Shown here piece by piece: positions 17,740 through 27,063 of a DNA stretch of 35,047 bases. The translations under genes and the position numbers were made by a program. The notes below the pieces were generated by a model. The model was given only the letters and a program-made list of their open reading frames with translations. It was not told the origin of the DNA and did no database searches. The DNA comes from Armatimonadota bacterium (lineage in GTDB: Bacteria > Armatimonadota > UBA5829 > DTLH01), in assembly GCA_039680575.1 (NCBI GenBank), contig JBDKSP010000122.1, positions 1 to 35,047 of the forward strand, written 5' to 3'. Numbering within the stretch: position 1 is the stretch's first letter; each line of letters opens with the position of its first letter.

Positions 17740-17769
17740 GTAGTGGCCGGGCTCCGTCCCGGCCTTTTT
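17740..17769 (+). terminator. GTAG-REP-like hairpin (family E) followed by a T-run; probable nrdJ terminator
   Basis: GTAGT-GGCCGGG-CTCCGT-CCCGGCC-TTTTT; sibling GTAGTGGCCGGTCTCTGTGCCGGCC at 30956-30980. Confidence 0.7.
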
Positions 17770-17815
17770 GTTGAGTTCGTATCACTGGATTGATGCAGAA
17801 AGTGGGATAGTAGTT

Positions 17816-18433
17816 GTGGCTATACTCGATAAGATCGTTGATAGCATTCCTGGTTTAATCATTGGTTTAGTGCCCAGCTATATATTTTATGTAAAGTCTA
17901 GGCACAGTAAGATACTTGCATACACCCTACTAACACAACAGTTGATTCATGATTCTATTGCAAAAATCGATTTTCTCGAAGTTCTGTATAACAAACACCC
18001 TATCAGTAACCTCTCTTGGACTGTGTTTATGTTCGGCAATCGTGGCAATGATACTATTAATGGACAAGAATTTGTAAGTTCCAATCTTCTGCGTATTGAG
18101 CCTGAGGATGGCACTAAAATATTAGGTTTTGATTTAATATCCCATAACGCTGACAATGGATGCTTAGTCATGCCATATCCTGACGGTAAGGGCTTCACAA
18201 TACAGTTCGATTATCTTGATAAAGGTGATTTTGCAGCAGTTGGAATATTTCACACTGGTAAATCCAATGATGACCTTAAAGTTATGGGACATATTAAGGG
18301 TGGAGCTATTAAGGAAGAAAGGATAAATGCTAAAGAAAAATTGCAAATAGCATGGCTATATACTCATCATAAAAAGACTGCTTTTGATATGATGCAGGAA
18401 TTGCAACACAAGAACCTTAAAACTGGTACATAG
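17816..18433 (+). CDS. AT-rich hypothetical protein with an N-terminal membrane anchor
   Basis: Open frame of about 205 aa; hydrophobic IPGLIIGLVPSYIFYV; sampled lines 24/60 and 19/60 GC vs 42/60 in nrdJ; start uncertain (GTG 17816 chosen). Confidence 0.7.
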   Translation: MAILDKIVDSIPGLIIGLVPSYIFYVKSRHSKILAYTLLTQQLIHDSIAKIDFLEVLYNKHPISNLSWTVFMFGNRGNDTINGQEFVSSNLLRIEPEDGTKILGFDLISHNADNGCLVMPYPDGKGFTIQFDYLDKGDFAAVGIFHTGKSNDDLKVMGHIKGGAIKEERINAKEKLQIAWLYTHHKKTAFDMMQELQHKNLKTGT

Positions 18434-18435
18434 TT

Positions 18436-18505
18436 TATGCTTCGGGACCGCAGTTTGTCCTACCCCGTGGACCTACCGGACCACGGGGAGAAGCACGACA
18501 TTCAC
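18436..18505 (-). repeat. REP-like family A, copy 5, with a single inner palindrome (18461-18489)
   Basis: TATGCTTCGGGACCGCAGTTTGTCC-[TACCCCGTGGACCTACCGGACCACGGGGA]-GAAGCACGACATTCAC. Confidence 0.88.
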
Positions 18506-18534
18506 CCAATGATCGACTACACTGAGCGCTAAAG

Positions 18535-18840
18535 ATGACTTCGGCCAGACACCACAACATCTACATAGACGGCGCAGCTTGTTTCTGGACCAGCTCCGTC
18601 ATAGATAAGCTCCCTGTCTTTCGGAGCAGAACAGCCTGCATAACGGTGCTCGATACACTCGATAAATGCCGCAGAGTCACGAATGTGAAGCTCTTGGGAT
18701 ATGTCCTGATGCTAGCTTACATCCATCAGAACCCCATAAGGCGCGGATTGATCGATCAGGCAGAAGATTGGGGATTTTCTTCCGCAGCTTGGTATACAGG
18801 CGGAGAATCCATTATAATTCCAGATGAGTTTGATTTTTGA
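18535..18840 (+). pseudogene. REP-associated tyrosine transposase (RAYT/TnpA-REP, Y1 HUH family), internally deleted
   Basis: N-terminal FWTSSV..LPVF and LLGYVLM fused directly to C-terminal YIHQNP..GL....DWGFSS..WY; the PxHxH motif and central region are missing. Confidence 0.85.
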
Positions 18841-18851
18841 GCCGTAAGTAT

Positions 18852-18894
18852 GTGGAGACTCATGCTTCGGGATGAAAAGCGATCCCGAAGCATA
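18852..18894 (+). repeat. REP-like family A, copy 6
   Basis: GTGGAGACTC-ATGCTTCGGGAT-GAAAAGCG-ATCCCGAAGCAT-A, 11 nt after the RAYT stop codon. Confidence 0.9.
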
Positions 18895-18975
18895 CGGAAA
18901 CAGTCACTTATAATGCTGCATCTGTTGGTTTTATGCTCACACCCAAAACTCTCCAGATAGTGCTTCCAGTCTCTG

Positions 18976-19005
18976 AAAGGGGCGGCCACAAACCGCCCCA
19001 CTTTT
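18976..19005. terminator. Hairpin terminator downstream of the MalK-type gene
   Basis: AAA-GGGGCGG-CCACAAA-CCGCCCC-ACTTTT. Confidence 0.55.
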
Positions 19006-19018
19006 GCATCGAAAATTA

Positions 19019-20131
<1,113 letters not shown>

Positions 20132-20259
20132 AAGTGAGATACCTCCGCTGGTCCGGGCTTGTCCCCATATTGCCGGAACCACAAATAAAAAGATTTCCCC
20201 GGGACTGGGGCGGCTCTAGAGCTGCAGCCGGGATGCAATGCTAACCCGGCCTTAGTCTC

Positions 20260-20288
20260 ATTATATGACCGTGAAATTTCAGTGTCAA
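20260..20288 (-). promoter_or_regulatory. Perfect-consensus sigma70 promoter of the MalK-type gene
   Basis: Minus strand TTGACA (20288-20283), 17 nt spacer, TATAAT (20265-20260); spacer contains palindrome TGAAATTTCA (20272-20281). Confidence 0.85.
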
Positions 20289-20318
20289 TGCGGTAGACGA
20301 GGGCGAACGCATCTTACT

Positions 20319-20449
20319 CGGGAGGAATTTGCAATTCCTCCCGGAAGGGTAAATTAGGCATCTCTGATGCCGGGTGATCGATTAAAGTCGAATAACCGGG
20401 ATCACAGATCCCTATCCGGCCTCTGCGGGCTGGATTATAAATCCGCCCG
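20319..20449. repeat. Inverted pair of family F palindromes
   Basis: CGGGAGGAATT-TGC-AATTCCTCCCG (20319-20343) and CGGGCTGGATT-ATA-AATCCGCCCG (20426-20449); related to CTGGATTATAAATCCAG (8760-8776) and 8787-8813. Confidence 0.65.
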
Positions 20450-20528
20450 AGGAAGTGTCAACGAAAAACTGGACTGCAGGTGCGAGCGGTGATACCATAT
20501 CCTCTAGTTTATGCGGAGGATTTTGCAC

Positions 20529-21236
20529 ATGCCCAAGTATCAGGAGTATCAGGAGAAGGCGCTCGGCGTCCTGCAGAAGATAGCAGCCACACAGAGCGAG
20601 CCGATACAGGATGCAGCCCGTATCGCAGCCGAACATATAGCAAATAACGGTATATTGCACCTTCTGGGGAGCGGGCACTCGCTCATTACAGCGCTTGAGG
20701 CACATGGGAGAGCGGGCGGAATGGTCCCGATAGATATTATTTTCGATAAAACGTTCGGCAAGATCGAGCGCCTGCCGGGATACGCCGAGCTTTTGCTCAA
20801 GAACTATGACGTGGACAACGGCGTGGTCGTGGTCATATCGAACTCAGGAAGAAATGCGCTCCCGATAGAGGTCGCGCTAGAGAGCAAGAAGCGCGGAGCG
20901 AAGGTCATCGCGCTGACATCCCTTGCGCACTCGAAATCGGTCACATCCAGGCATCCGAGCGGAAAACGGCTCTTCGAGATCGCGGATGTGGTCGTAGATA
21001 ACTGCTGCGAGCCGGGGGACGCGGTTGTGGAGATAGAAGGAGTCCGGGGCAAGGTCGGAGCGACTTCGAGTGTAGCCTGCACGTTTATCATCAACTCCAT
21101 TCTGGTCCAGGCGACCGAAAACATCGCAAAAATGGGCGTAACCCCGCCTGTACTCATCAGCGCGAACCTCGACGGCAGCGACGAATACAACGATGCGCTG
21201 AGAGAGAGATACAAAGGGCAGATACGGGGGCTGTAG
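20529..21236 (+). CDS. SIS (sugar isomerase) domain protein, UPF0309-like
   Basis: GSGHS, HGRAGG, ISNSGRN..PIE, SRHPSGKRL, SANLDG; GGAGGA SD before ATG 20529. Confidence 0.9.
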   Translation: MPKYQEYQEKALGVLQKIAATQSEPIQDAARIAAEHIANNGILHLLGSGHSLITALEAHGRAGGMVPIDIIFDKTFGKIERLPGYAELLLKNYDVDNGVVVVISNSGRNALPIEVALESKKRGAKVIALTSLAHSKSVTSRHPSGKRLFEIADVVVDNCCEPGDAVVEIEGVRGKVGATSSVACTFIINSILVQATENIAKMGVTPPVLISANLDGSDEYNDALRERYKGQIRGL

Positions 21237-21298
21237 GGTAGAGGTCATAGACTACTAACTGTGGCTCTCCCCCACAAAACCACCGATTGCCGCTTCGC

Positions 21299-21328
21299 TT
21301 GACCGGGTTCGGCATGGAACGTTACAAT
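21299..21328 (+). promoter_or_regulatory. Putative sigma70 promoter of glyQS
   Basis: TTGACC (21299-21304), 18 nt spacer, TACAAT (21323-21328). Confidence 0.45.
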
Positions 21329-21386
21329 TGAGTGTCCTTTTCAGCACGATTTTGGAATTTTTGCACAATTGGGAGGAACCAGTTAA

Positions 21387-22733
21387 GTGGTTGATAGCAA
21401 AACTGATGTAGCGCCGCCTGCGGTGACGATGGAGAAAATCGTCGAGCTATGCAAGCGGCGCGGTTTCATTTTTCAGTCCAGTGAGATTTACGGCGGGATC
21501 GGAAGTACCTGGGATTACGGTCCGCTCGGCGTCGAGCTGAAACGCAATATAAAGGAAGCCTGGTGGCAGGACAACGTGCGGGTGAGGGAGGATATGGTCG
21601 GCCTCGACTCGGCTATCCTGATGAACCCTCGCGTATGGGAAGCGAGCGGCCACGTCGAAGGTTTCACCGACCCGATGGTCGACTGCAAAGAGTGCAAGCA
21701 GCGCTTCAGGGCAGACCAGTTGGAAGGTGACAAGTGCCCGACATGCGGCGGAGAGCTGACTGAAGCACGGCAGTTCAACCTGATGTTCAAAACTTTCATG
21801 GGGCCTGTCGAGGACAGTGCCGCAACCGTATATCTTCGACCTGAAACAGCTCAGGGGATCTTCGTCAACTTCAAAAACGTGCAGCAGGCAACAAGGAAGA
21901 AGCTGCCGTTCGGAATCGCACAGATCGGAAAGTCGTTCAGGAACGAGATCACTCCCGGCAATTTCATCTTCAGGACGCGCGAGTTCGAGCAAATGGAGAT
22001 GGAATACTTCGTCATGCCGGGAACGGACGAGGAGTATCATGCCAAGTGGATCGAGGCCAGGTACAACTGGTATCTGAAGTATGGTATCACCCAAGAAAGG
22101 CTGAGACTGCGGGCTCACGATCCTGACGAGCTTGCGCACTATGCCAAAGCTACGACGGATATCGAATATCTCTTCCCAATGGGATGGTCCGAGCTCGAGG
22201 GTATCGCAAACCGGACGGATTTCGACATCAAGCGGCACATGGAACACTCCGGCGAGAACATGTCCTACTTCGACGAGGCCACCGGAGAAAGCGTAGTACC
22301 TTATGTCATCGAGCCGTCGGGCGGGTGCGACAGATCGCTTCTTGCGTTTTTAGTCGATGCCTACGAAGAAGAAGTGATCGTAAAGGGCGAGAAGAAGGAC
22401 AAGCGCACTGTGTTGAGGCTGCACAAGGCGTTCGCCCCGGTAAAAGTTGCAGTGCTGCCGCTCCTAAGGAACCGGCCGGACATCGTCGAGACGGCAAAGA
22501 AGCTCGCAGCGGAACTCAGACCCGTTATGGCAACGATGTACGACGATACGGCATCGATAGGCCGGCTCTACAGGCGCCAGGACGAGATCGGGACCCTCTG
22601 GTGCGTGACGGTAGACGTCCAGACAGTCGAGGAAGACAACATGGTCACGATCCGCGACCGCGACACGATGGAGCAGATCCGCGTGCCGGTCGAGGAAGTC
22701 AAACCGCTGCTACTCGAAAGGTTGTGCTCGTAA
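21387..22733 (+). CDS. glyQS: Glycine--tRNA ligase (alpha2 type)
   Basis: [53 protein letters not shown] anticodon domain. Confidence 0.97.
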   Translation: MVDSKTDVAPPAVTMEKIVELCKRRGFIFQSSEIYGGIGSTWDYGPLGVELKRNIKEAWWQDNVRVREDMVGLDSAILMNPRVWEASGHVEGFTDPMVDCKECKQRFRADQLEGDKCPTCGGELTEARQFNLMFKTFMGPVEDSAATVYLRPETAQGIFVNFKNVQQATRKKLPFGIAQIGKSFRNEITPGNFIFRTREFEQMEMEYFVMPGTDEEYHAKWIEARYNWYLKYGITQERLRLRAHDPDELAHYAKATTDIEYLFPMGWSELEGIANRTDFDIKRHMEHSGENMSYFDEATGESVVPYVIEPSGGCDRSLLAFLVDAYEEEVIVKGEKKDKRTVLRLHKAFAPVKVAVLPLLRNRPDIVETAKKLAAELRPVMATMYDDTASIGRLYRRQDEIGTLWCVTVDVQTVEEDNMVTIRDRDTMEQIRVPVEEVKPLLLERLCS

Positions 22734-22784
22734 AAAGCTATCAGCCGTCGGCTATCAGCTTTTGAAACGCGAATGGTGGATCCT

Positions 22785-22821
22785 TATGCTTTGGTATAGC
22801 ATCCCGAAGCACACTTTCCAC
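22785..22821 (-). repeat. REP-like family A, copy 7 (degenerate, shortened loop)
   Basis: TATGCTTTGGTATAGCATCCCGAAGCACACTTTCCAC. Confidence 0.7.
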
Positions 22822-22828
22822 TAATCCC

Positions 22829-22865
22829 TTGGAGTGCGGAAGCTCTCGCTTCCGCTTTTCTATCG
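22829..22865 (+). repeat. Palindrome family B
   Basis: TTGGAGT-GCGGAAGC-TCTC-GCTTCCGC-TTTTCTATCG; identical except for the loop to 31162-31198. Confidence 0.88.
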
Positions 22866-23067
22866 ATGCTCACTAATCCATGGAAGAGAAAGGCAAATTT
22901 ATGGATTTCTACCTTCCGCGTCTCAGTCTCTTCCGTGTCTCCGCGGTTCAGGACGATAATGCGGTGGATGTAGATAGAAAAGCAAGGGGCATGGATGCCC
23001 CGGAAAAATGGGCCCAGAGCATGGATCCTCTGGGCTATCAACGTTTTCGTGATCAAAAATATTCTGG

Positions 23068-24150
23068 ATGACTGAGCAATTGACGATCAGAGAACAGTAT
23101 GAAGAGCTAGAGCGTCAGATTCTTTCTCCTTACGCATGTCTTTCGGCGGAGTCGAAGGGGCGCGTGCGTGAAGAAGAAAAGGATGTTGTTCGTACGGAAT
23201 TTCAGCGCGACCGTGACCGGATAGTCCACTCCAAGGCGTTCCGCAGGTTGAAGCATAAGACCCAGGTATTCATCGACCCGGAGGAAGACCACTGCAGGAC
23301 GCGCCTTACCCACACACTCGAAGTCTCTCAGATCGCCCGCACCATCGCGAAAGCCCTCAGGATGAACGAGGACCTCACGGAAGCAATCGCACTCAGCCAC
23401 GACCTCGGCCACACCCCGTTCGGCCATGTGGGGGAGCAGGCTCTGGATGAAGTGCTGCGCGAATACATCCCTGGCGCAAGCTTTCATCACGCTGAACAAA
23501 GCCTCAGGGTAGTCGATCATATCGAAAACAACGGTAGAGGACTGAACCTCACCTGGGAGGTCAGAAACGGGATATTACACCACTCTAAAGGCCGTGAGGA
23601 CCTGGAAATCGACTTGAGCGGTCCGGCAACGCTCGAGGGAAAGATCGTCAGGATTGCAGACCGGATAGCCTACATCAACCACGACATTGACGACTCTATC
23701 CGCTTCGGCATCATCCACGGGTCGGACCTGCCGGAAGAAGCTACTCGCGTTCTCGGAAACAGGTATTCCCAGCGCATCGGCAGCATAGTACTCGATGTCA
23801 TCAACTCAAGCATGGGCAAGAACTCGATCTCGATCAGCGAGTCCCACCGCCGTGCGATGAACTGCCTGAAGGACTTTCTGTTCCAGCGGGTCTATGTCGG
23901 CGACCATCCGGGGATAATCGAACTCCGGCAGGCAGGAGAGATGCTGAAAGAGCTCTTCAGATACTACATGAGTGTGGAACGCGAGATAGAGAACAGGGAA
24001 CAGGGAACAGAGAATAGAGAAAGTTCGGAATTGCATCCTGTTTTGCCTGACACCGAAGACGTAGAGGCTCGCGCCAGGGCTGTCTGCGATTTTATCGCGG
24101 GAATGACCGACAGGTATGCTCAGAAGGCCTACACTGCTGTCTGGAAATAG
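23068..24150 (+). CDS. dgt: Deoxyguanosinetriphosphate triphosphohydrolase-like HD protein
   Basis: FQRDRDRIVHSKAFRRLKHKTQVF, RTRLTHTLEV, SHDLGHTPFGH, AYINHDIDD, DFIAGMTD. Confidence 0.93.
   Translation: MTEQLTIREQYEELERQILSPYACLSAESKGRVREEEKDVVRTEFQRDRDRIVHSKAFRRLKHKTQVFIDPEEDHCRTRLTHTLEVSQIARTIAKALRMNEDLTEAIALSHDLGHTPFGHVGEQALDEVLREYIPGASFHHAEQSLRVVDHIENNGRGLNLTWEVRNGILHHSKGREDLEIDLSGPATLEGKIVRIADRIAYINHDIDDSIRFGIIHGSDLPEEATRVLGNRYSQRIGSIVLDVINSSMGKNSISISESHRRAMNCLKDFLFQRVYVGDHPGIIELRQAGEMLKELFRYYMSVEREIENREQGTENRESSELHPVLPDTEDVEARARAVCDFIAGMTDRYAQKAYTAVWK
23983..24021 (+). repeat. Heptamer tandem repeat inside the dgt coding frame
   Basis: GAGATAG-AGAACAG-GGAACAG-GGAACAG-AGAATAG-AGAA encoding EIENREQGTENRE. 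Confidence 0.75.
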
Positions 24151-24406
24151 ATTCTGCCAGCTAATCGATCAGCAACTACATAGCGCTAAGAGGTTTGAAA
24201 TCCCATTGACAAACTGTAATAAGCGCAATTCGTGTATCCATTAGCCGTTATACTGATCTTGATTCCCGGAACAGCGCACGCCAACACATGGTCACCGTTT
24301 ATGATAGTCTGCAGATGATAGCAGTCAGTTATTTTTCCGCGTCTATCGGCTGGCTTGGCTTGGGTATGCCAGTGAATATTTTGAACACATTCGCGCCCGC
24401 GGTAAT

Positions 24407-24435
24407 TTGCCAGTAGGTCTTCATTATGTTATAAT
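24407..24435 (+). promoter_or_regulatory. sigma70 promoter of the efp cluster
   Basis: TTGCCA (24407-24412), 17 nt spacer, TG-n-TATAAT (24430-24435). Confidence 0.7.
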
Positions 24436-24473
24436 TTGGGCGAATTGTAAGGAGTTTTTGGGGGCATAACCAA

Positions 24474-25034
24474 TTGATCGATACCAGTAGTTTTAAGAAC
24501 GGCCTTTCGATAATGCTGGACAACGACATCTTCACGATAGTCGAATTTCAGCATGTCAAGCCGGGTAAAGGCGGCGCGTTCGTCAGGACAAAGCTCAAAA
24601 ACGTTAAAACCGGTGGAGTCATCGACAAGACATTCCGCGCAGGTGAGAAAATGGAGCAGGCGATACTCGAACGCAAGCCGATGCAATATATTTATCAGCA
24701 GGACGACGATTACTTCCTGATGGACCTGGAGTCCTTCGAGCAGATACCCGTCCGCAAAGAGATGATAGGTGATCCTGTAAAGTACCTCAAGGAAAACGAG
24801 CAGGTAATGACCCTTTCCCACGATGGCAATATCATCGGAGTGGAACTGCCGTTCACAGTGGAGCTCGAGGTGGTAGAAACCGATCCGGGAGTGCGTGGAG
24901 ATACCGCATCCGGCGGCTCGAAACCTGCAAAACTCGAGACCGGAGCGGTCATCCAAGTCCCGTTCTTTATCAATGTCGGGGATAGACTGAAGGTAGATAC
25001 ACGGACCGACGCTTATCTGGAACGCGCGAAGTAA
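24474..25034 (+). CDS. efp: Elongation factor P
   Basis: [39 protein letters not shown] start. Confidence 0.97.
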   Translation: MIDTSSFKNGLSIMLDNDIFTIVEFQHVKPGKGGAFVRTKLKNVKTGGVIDKTFRAGEKMEQAILERKPMQYIYQQDDDYFLMDLESFEQIPVRKEMIGDPVKYLKENEQVMTLSHDGNIIGVELPFTVELEVVETDPGVRGDTASGGSKPAKLETGAVIQVPFFINVGDRLKVDTRTDAYLERAK

Positions 25035-25065
25035 AATCCCGGCCGTTTTCTAGGGGAGACCGGCT

Positions 25066-26175
25066 ATGGCACAAAAGCGCTCGACAAAGCGCAAGCTGAT
25101 CATCGACCTGGTCGATACCGTCACCAGTCTGAGTCTGAAACTTGCCGCAGCGGTATTTATTCTCGTCCTTGGTTACCTCATATATGGGTTGACTGCCCGG
25201 AATGGGCTTCTTGGATTGGGAAGCCTGCCGCTGGCTGATCAGAAAAGGGTGCTGACTAATGTTGCAGTTGCCTGCGCTCTTGTCAGAATTTCGGGTACGG
25301 TCCTTGCGGCTTGCATAATCATCAGGTATTACGTCGATGAGACGCTCGGATATATCCTGTCGCTGCTCGGCGCATTGTTGTACTTCGGGACACCCTGGCT
25401 GTTTTCAGTCCAGTTTGGACTTGCGGACTCGAGCGCCAAGCAGGCGATAACCATTATCCTTTCCGGGATCAGGCCTTTTGGGGCGACCGTATTGGTTGCC
25501 GGGATGACCTTAATCACCTGGAGTCTTCTTTCGCAGGCCCGGGCGGCAATCAACCGGCAGAGAAACAGGGCATCCACGGAGAATAAGGAAAAGACTGAAG
25601 AAGCCGATGAGCCGTATCGACCGCGGCTTTATGCCAAGTGCTGGCAAACGCAGTATTGCCATCGCTTTGTAAGGGATAACTGCTCAACATATGCGGCGCG
25701 AAAATCGTGCTGGCGGCTGAAATCCGGGTGCATATGCGATAGTACCATCATAGACAAAGCAATCGGCATCAATTCGGTTGAAGGGACCATGCTTACCGGG
25801 CAGACGGGCTGCAGGCCGAAGCGAAGCGTAGAGTTGAGCGCGGCCAGTAAACGAGCCCGGTGCCGCACTTGTATTATTTATGAGTTTCATCAGAAGCAGA
25901 AGTACAAGTTGGCCGGTCCGCTCGTGCTCCCCGCCGTACTTTTACCGATCTGGCTTCTTCACACGAAGCTGGAAGCATTATTTGGAGTATTGCTGGATAT
26001 GACCGACCGGTTTATGCGTACCGTGACGTTTCTGCCGCAGTCGCAGAGTCAGGCCATATCGCAGAGCGCGGTGCCTGAGTATGTTCCTGTGTTATTTGTA
26101 GTGTGGCTGGCGATAATATCGATCAGCTGCGCGTTTCTTTTCGTGGAATATTGCATATTCAAACTACGGATATGA
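25066..26175 (+). CDS. Hypothetical multi-pass membrane protein with a Cys-rich soluble domain
   Basis: About 4 N-terminal and 2 C-terminal hydrophobic helices around CWQTQYC..C..CWRLKSGCIC..CRTCIIY; GGGGAG SD. Confidence 0.82.
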   Translation: MAQKRSTKRKLIIDLVDTVTSLSLKLAAAVFILVLGYLIYGLTARNGLLGLGSLPLADQKRVLTNVAVACALVRISGTVLAACIIIRYYVDETLGYILSLLGALLYFGTPWLFSVQFGLADSSAKQAITIILSGIRPFGATVLVAGMTLITWSLLSQARAAINRQRNRASTENKEKTEEADEPYRPRLYAKCWQTQYCHRFVRDNCSTYAARKSCWRLKSGCICDSTIIDKAIGINSVEGTMLTGQTGCRPKRSVELSAASKRARCRTCIIYEFHQKQKYKLAGPLVLPAVLLPIWLLHTKLEALFGVLLDMTDRFMRTVTFLPQSQSQAISQSAVPEYVPVLFVVWLAIISISCAFLFVEYCIFKLRI

Positions 26176-26198
26176 GCGCGGAGAGGTAATAGTTAAGA

Positions 26199-26639
26199 AT
26201 GGACCTAGAACGAATAGAATCGTTGATTAAGGTAATCAAAAATGCCCGTGTAACCGAACTCGCGGTGAAGATGGAGGACTCGTCCATCCTGATACGTAAG
26301 TCGGTAGGGAGTAACGGGTCCTCCGCGTCCAGGCCGGGGGCGGTAAAGCGTGCCCGTCCTTCCTCCGCTTCGGCTGAACAAGCTATGGAAGATGCTCCGG
26401 CAGGAACAGTCATATCGGCTCCGATGGTCGGAATATTCCATACGGTCGAAGGCATAAGTAACAAGGGTGCAGCGGTCAAGACAGGCCAGGTTATCGGCGC
26501 TATCGAGTCTATGAAACTGTTGAACGATGTCAGGTCTGAAGTCGATGGCGTGGTGGATGAGGCTTACGTAGATGATGGGATGCCGGTCGAATACGGGCAG
26601 GCGCTCTTCAGACTGGTCAAATCAGCCGAAAACCCATAG
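26199..26639 (+). CDS. accB: Biotin carboxyl carrier protein
   Basis: MDLERIESLI N-terminus, ISAPMVG, IESMKL biotinylation site, VEYGQALF. Confidence 0.9.
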   Translation: MDLERIESLIKVIKNARVTELAVKMEDSSILIRKSVGSNGSSASRPGAVKRARPSSASAEQAMEDAPAGTVISAPMVGIFHTVEGISNKGAAVKTGQVIGAIESMKLLNDVRSEVDGVVDEAYVDDGMPVEYGQALFRLVKSAENP

Positions 26640-26652
26640 GAGGTATACTCGA

Positions 26653-27054
26653 ATGTTTTCCACGCTTCGAAACGAAAGAGGTAATTGGACGCTTGTCGGC
26701 CTTCTGGTGGCTGTTGCGATAGGGTTCGTCCTCATGTTCTTTGTGTTCCTCCCGCGCGTCCAGCAGGGAACTGGAGACCGGGCAAAAAAGGAAGGGCTGA
26801 TCAACCCGAAACAAGGGCAGACTGTCGTCGGCGCGTCCATGGACAAGGGCAAAGAGACCCAGTGCATGTCCAACCTCAGGCAGATTCGGATGATGATCGA
26901 GTCAACCAAGACATCGGGAGAACAGCTTCCGGCAACCATCCAGGACATGGGGCTTGGCTCAGCCGGCGTATGCCCCGTGACGAACCAACCTTATCAATAC
27001 GATCCGAATGCGGGTGCGGTCAAATGCACGACGCCCGGACATGAAGGGCTGTAG
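26653..27054 (+). CDS. Small pilin/pseudopilin-like protein with an atypical class III signal
   Basis: GGAGGT SD; RNERG-NWTLVGLLVAVAI hydrophobic helix; CMSNLRQI and CP..PYQYDP..VKC..GH C-terminus. Confidence 0.7.
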   Translation: MFSTLRNERGNWTLVGLLVAVAIGFVLMFFVFLPRVQQGTGDRAKKEGLINPKQGQTVVGASMDKGKETQCMSNLRQIRMMIESTKTSGEQLPATIQDMGLGSAGVCPVTNQPYQYDPNAGAVKCTTPGHEGL

Positions 27055-27063
27055 GAGTTGTAA

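Noticed and set aside
18535..18840. IS200/IS605 insertion sequence
   Set aside because: YIHQNP and WxxSS motifs plus multicopy flanking palindromes fit RAYT; there is no tnpB and no IS ends
21237..21386. T-box leader for glyQS (also checked upstream of gltX)
   Set aside because: No AAGGTGGTACC(A/G)CG T-box sequence; the glyQS promoter is only about 60 nt from the start
24151..24406. Unexplained spacer between dgt and efp, with a TTGACA and a 31-codon minus-strand ORF
   Set aside because: No matching -10 box, no SD, and no recognisable RNA structure or repeat match
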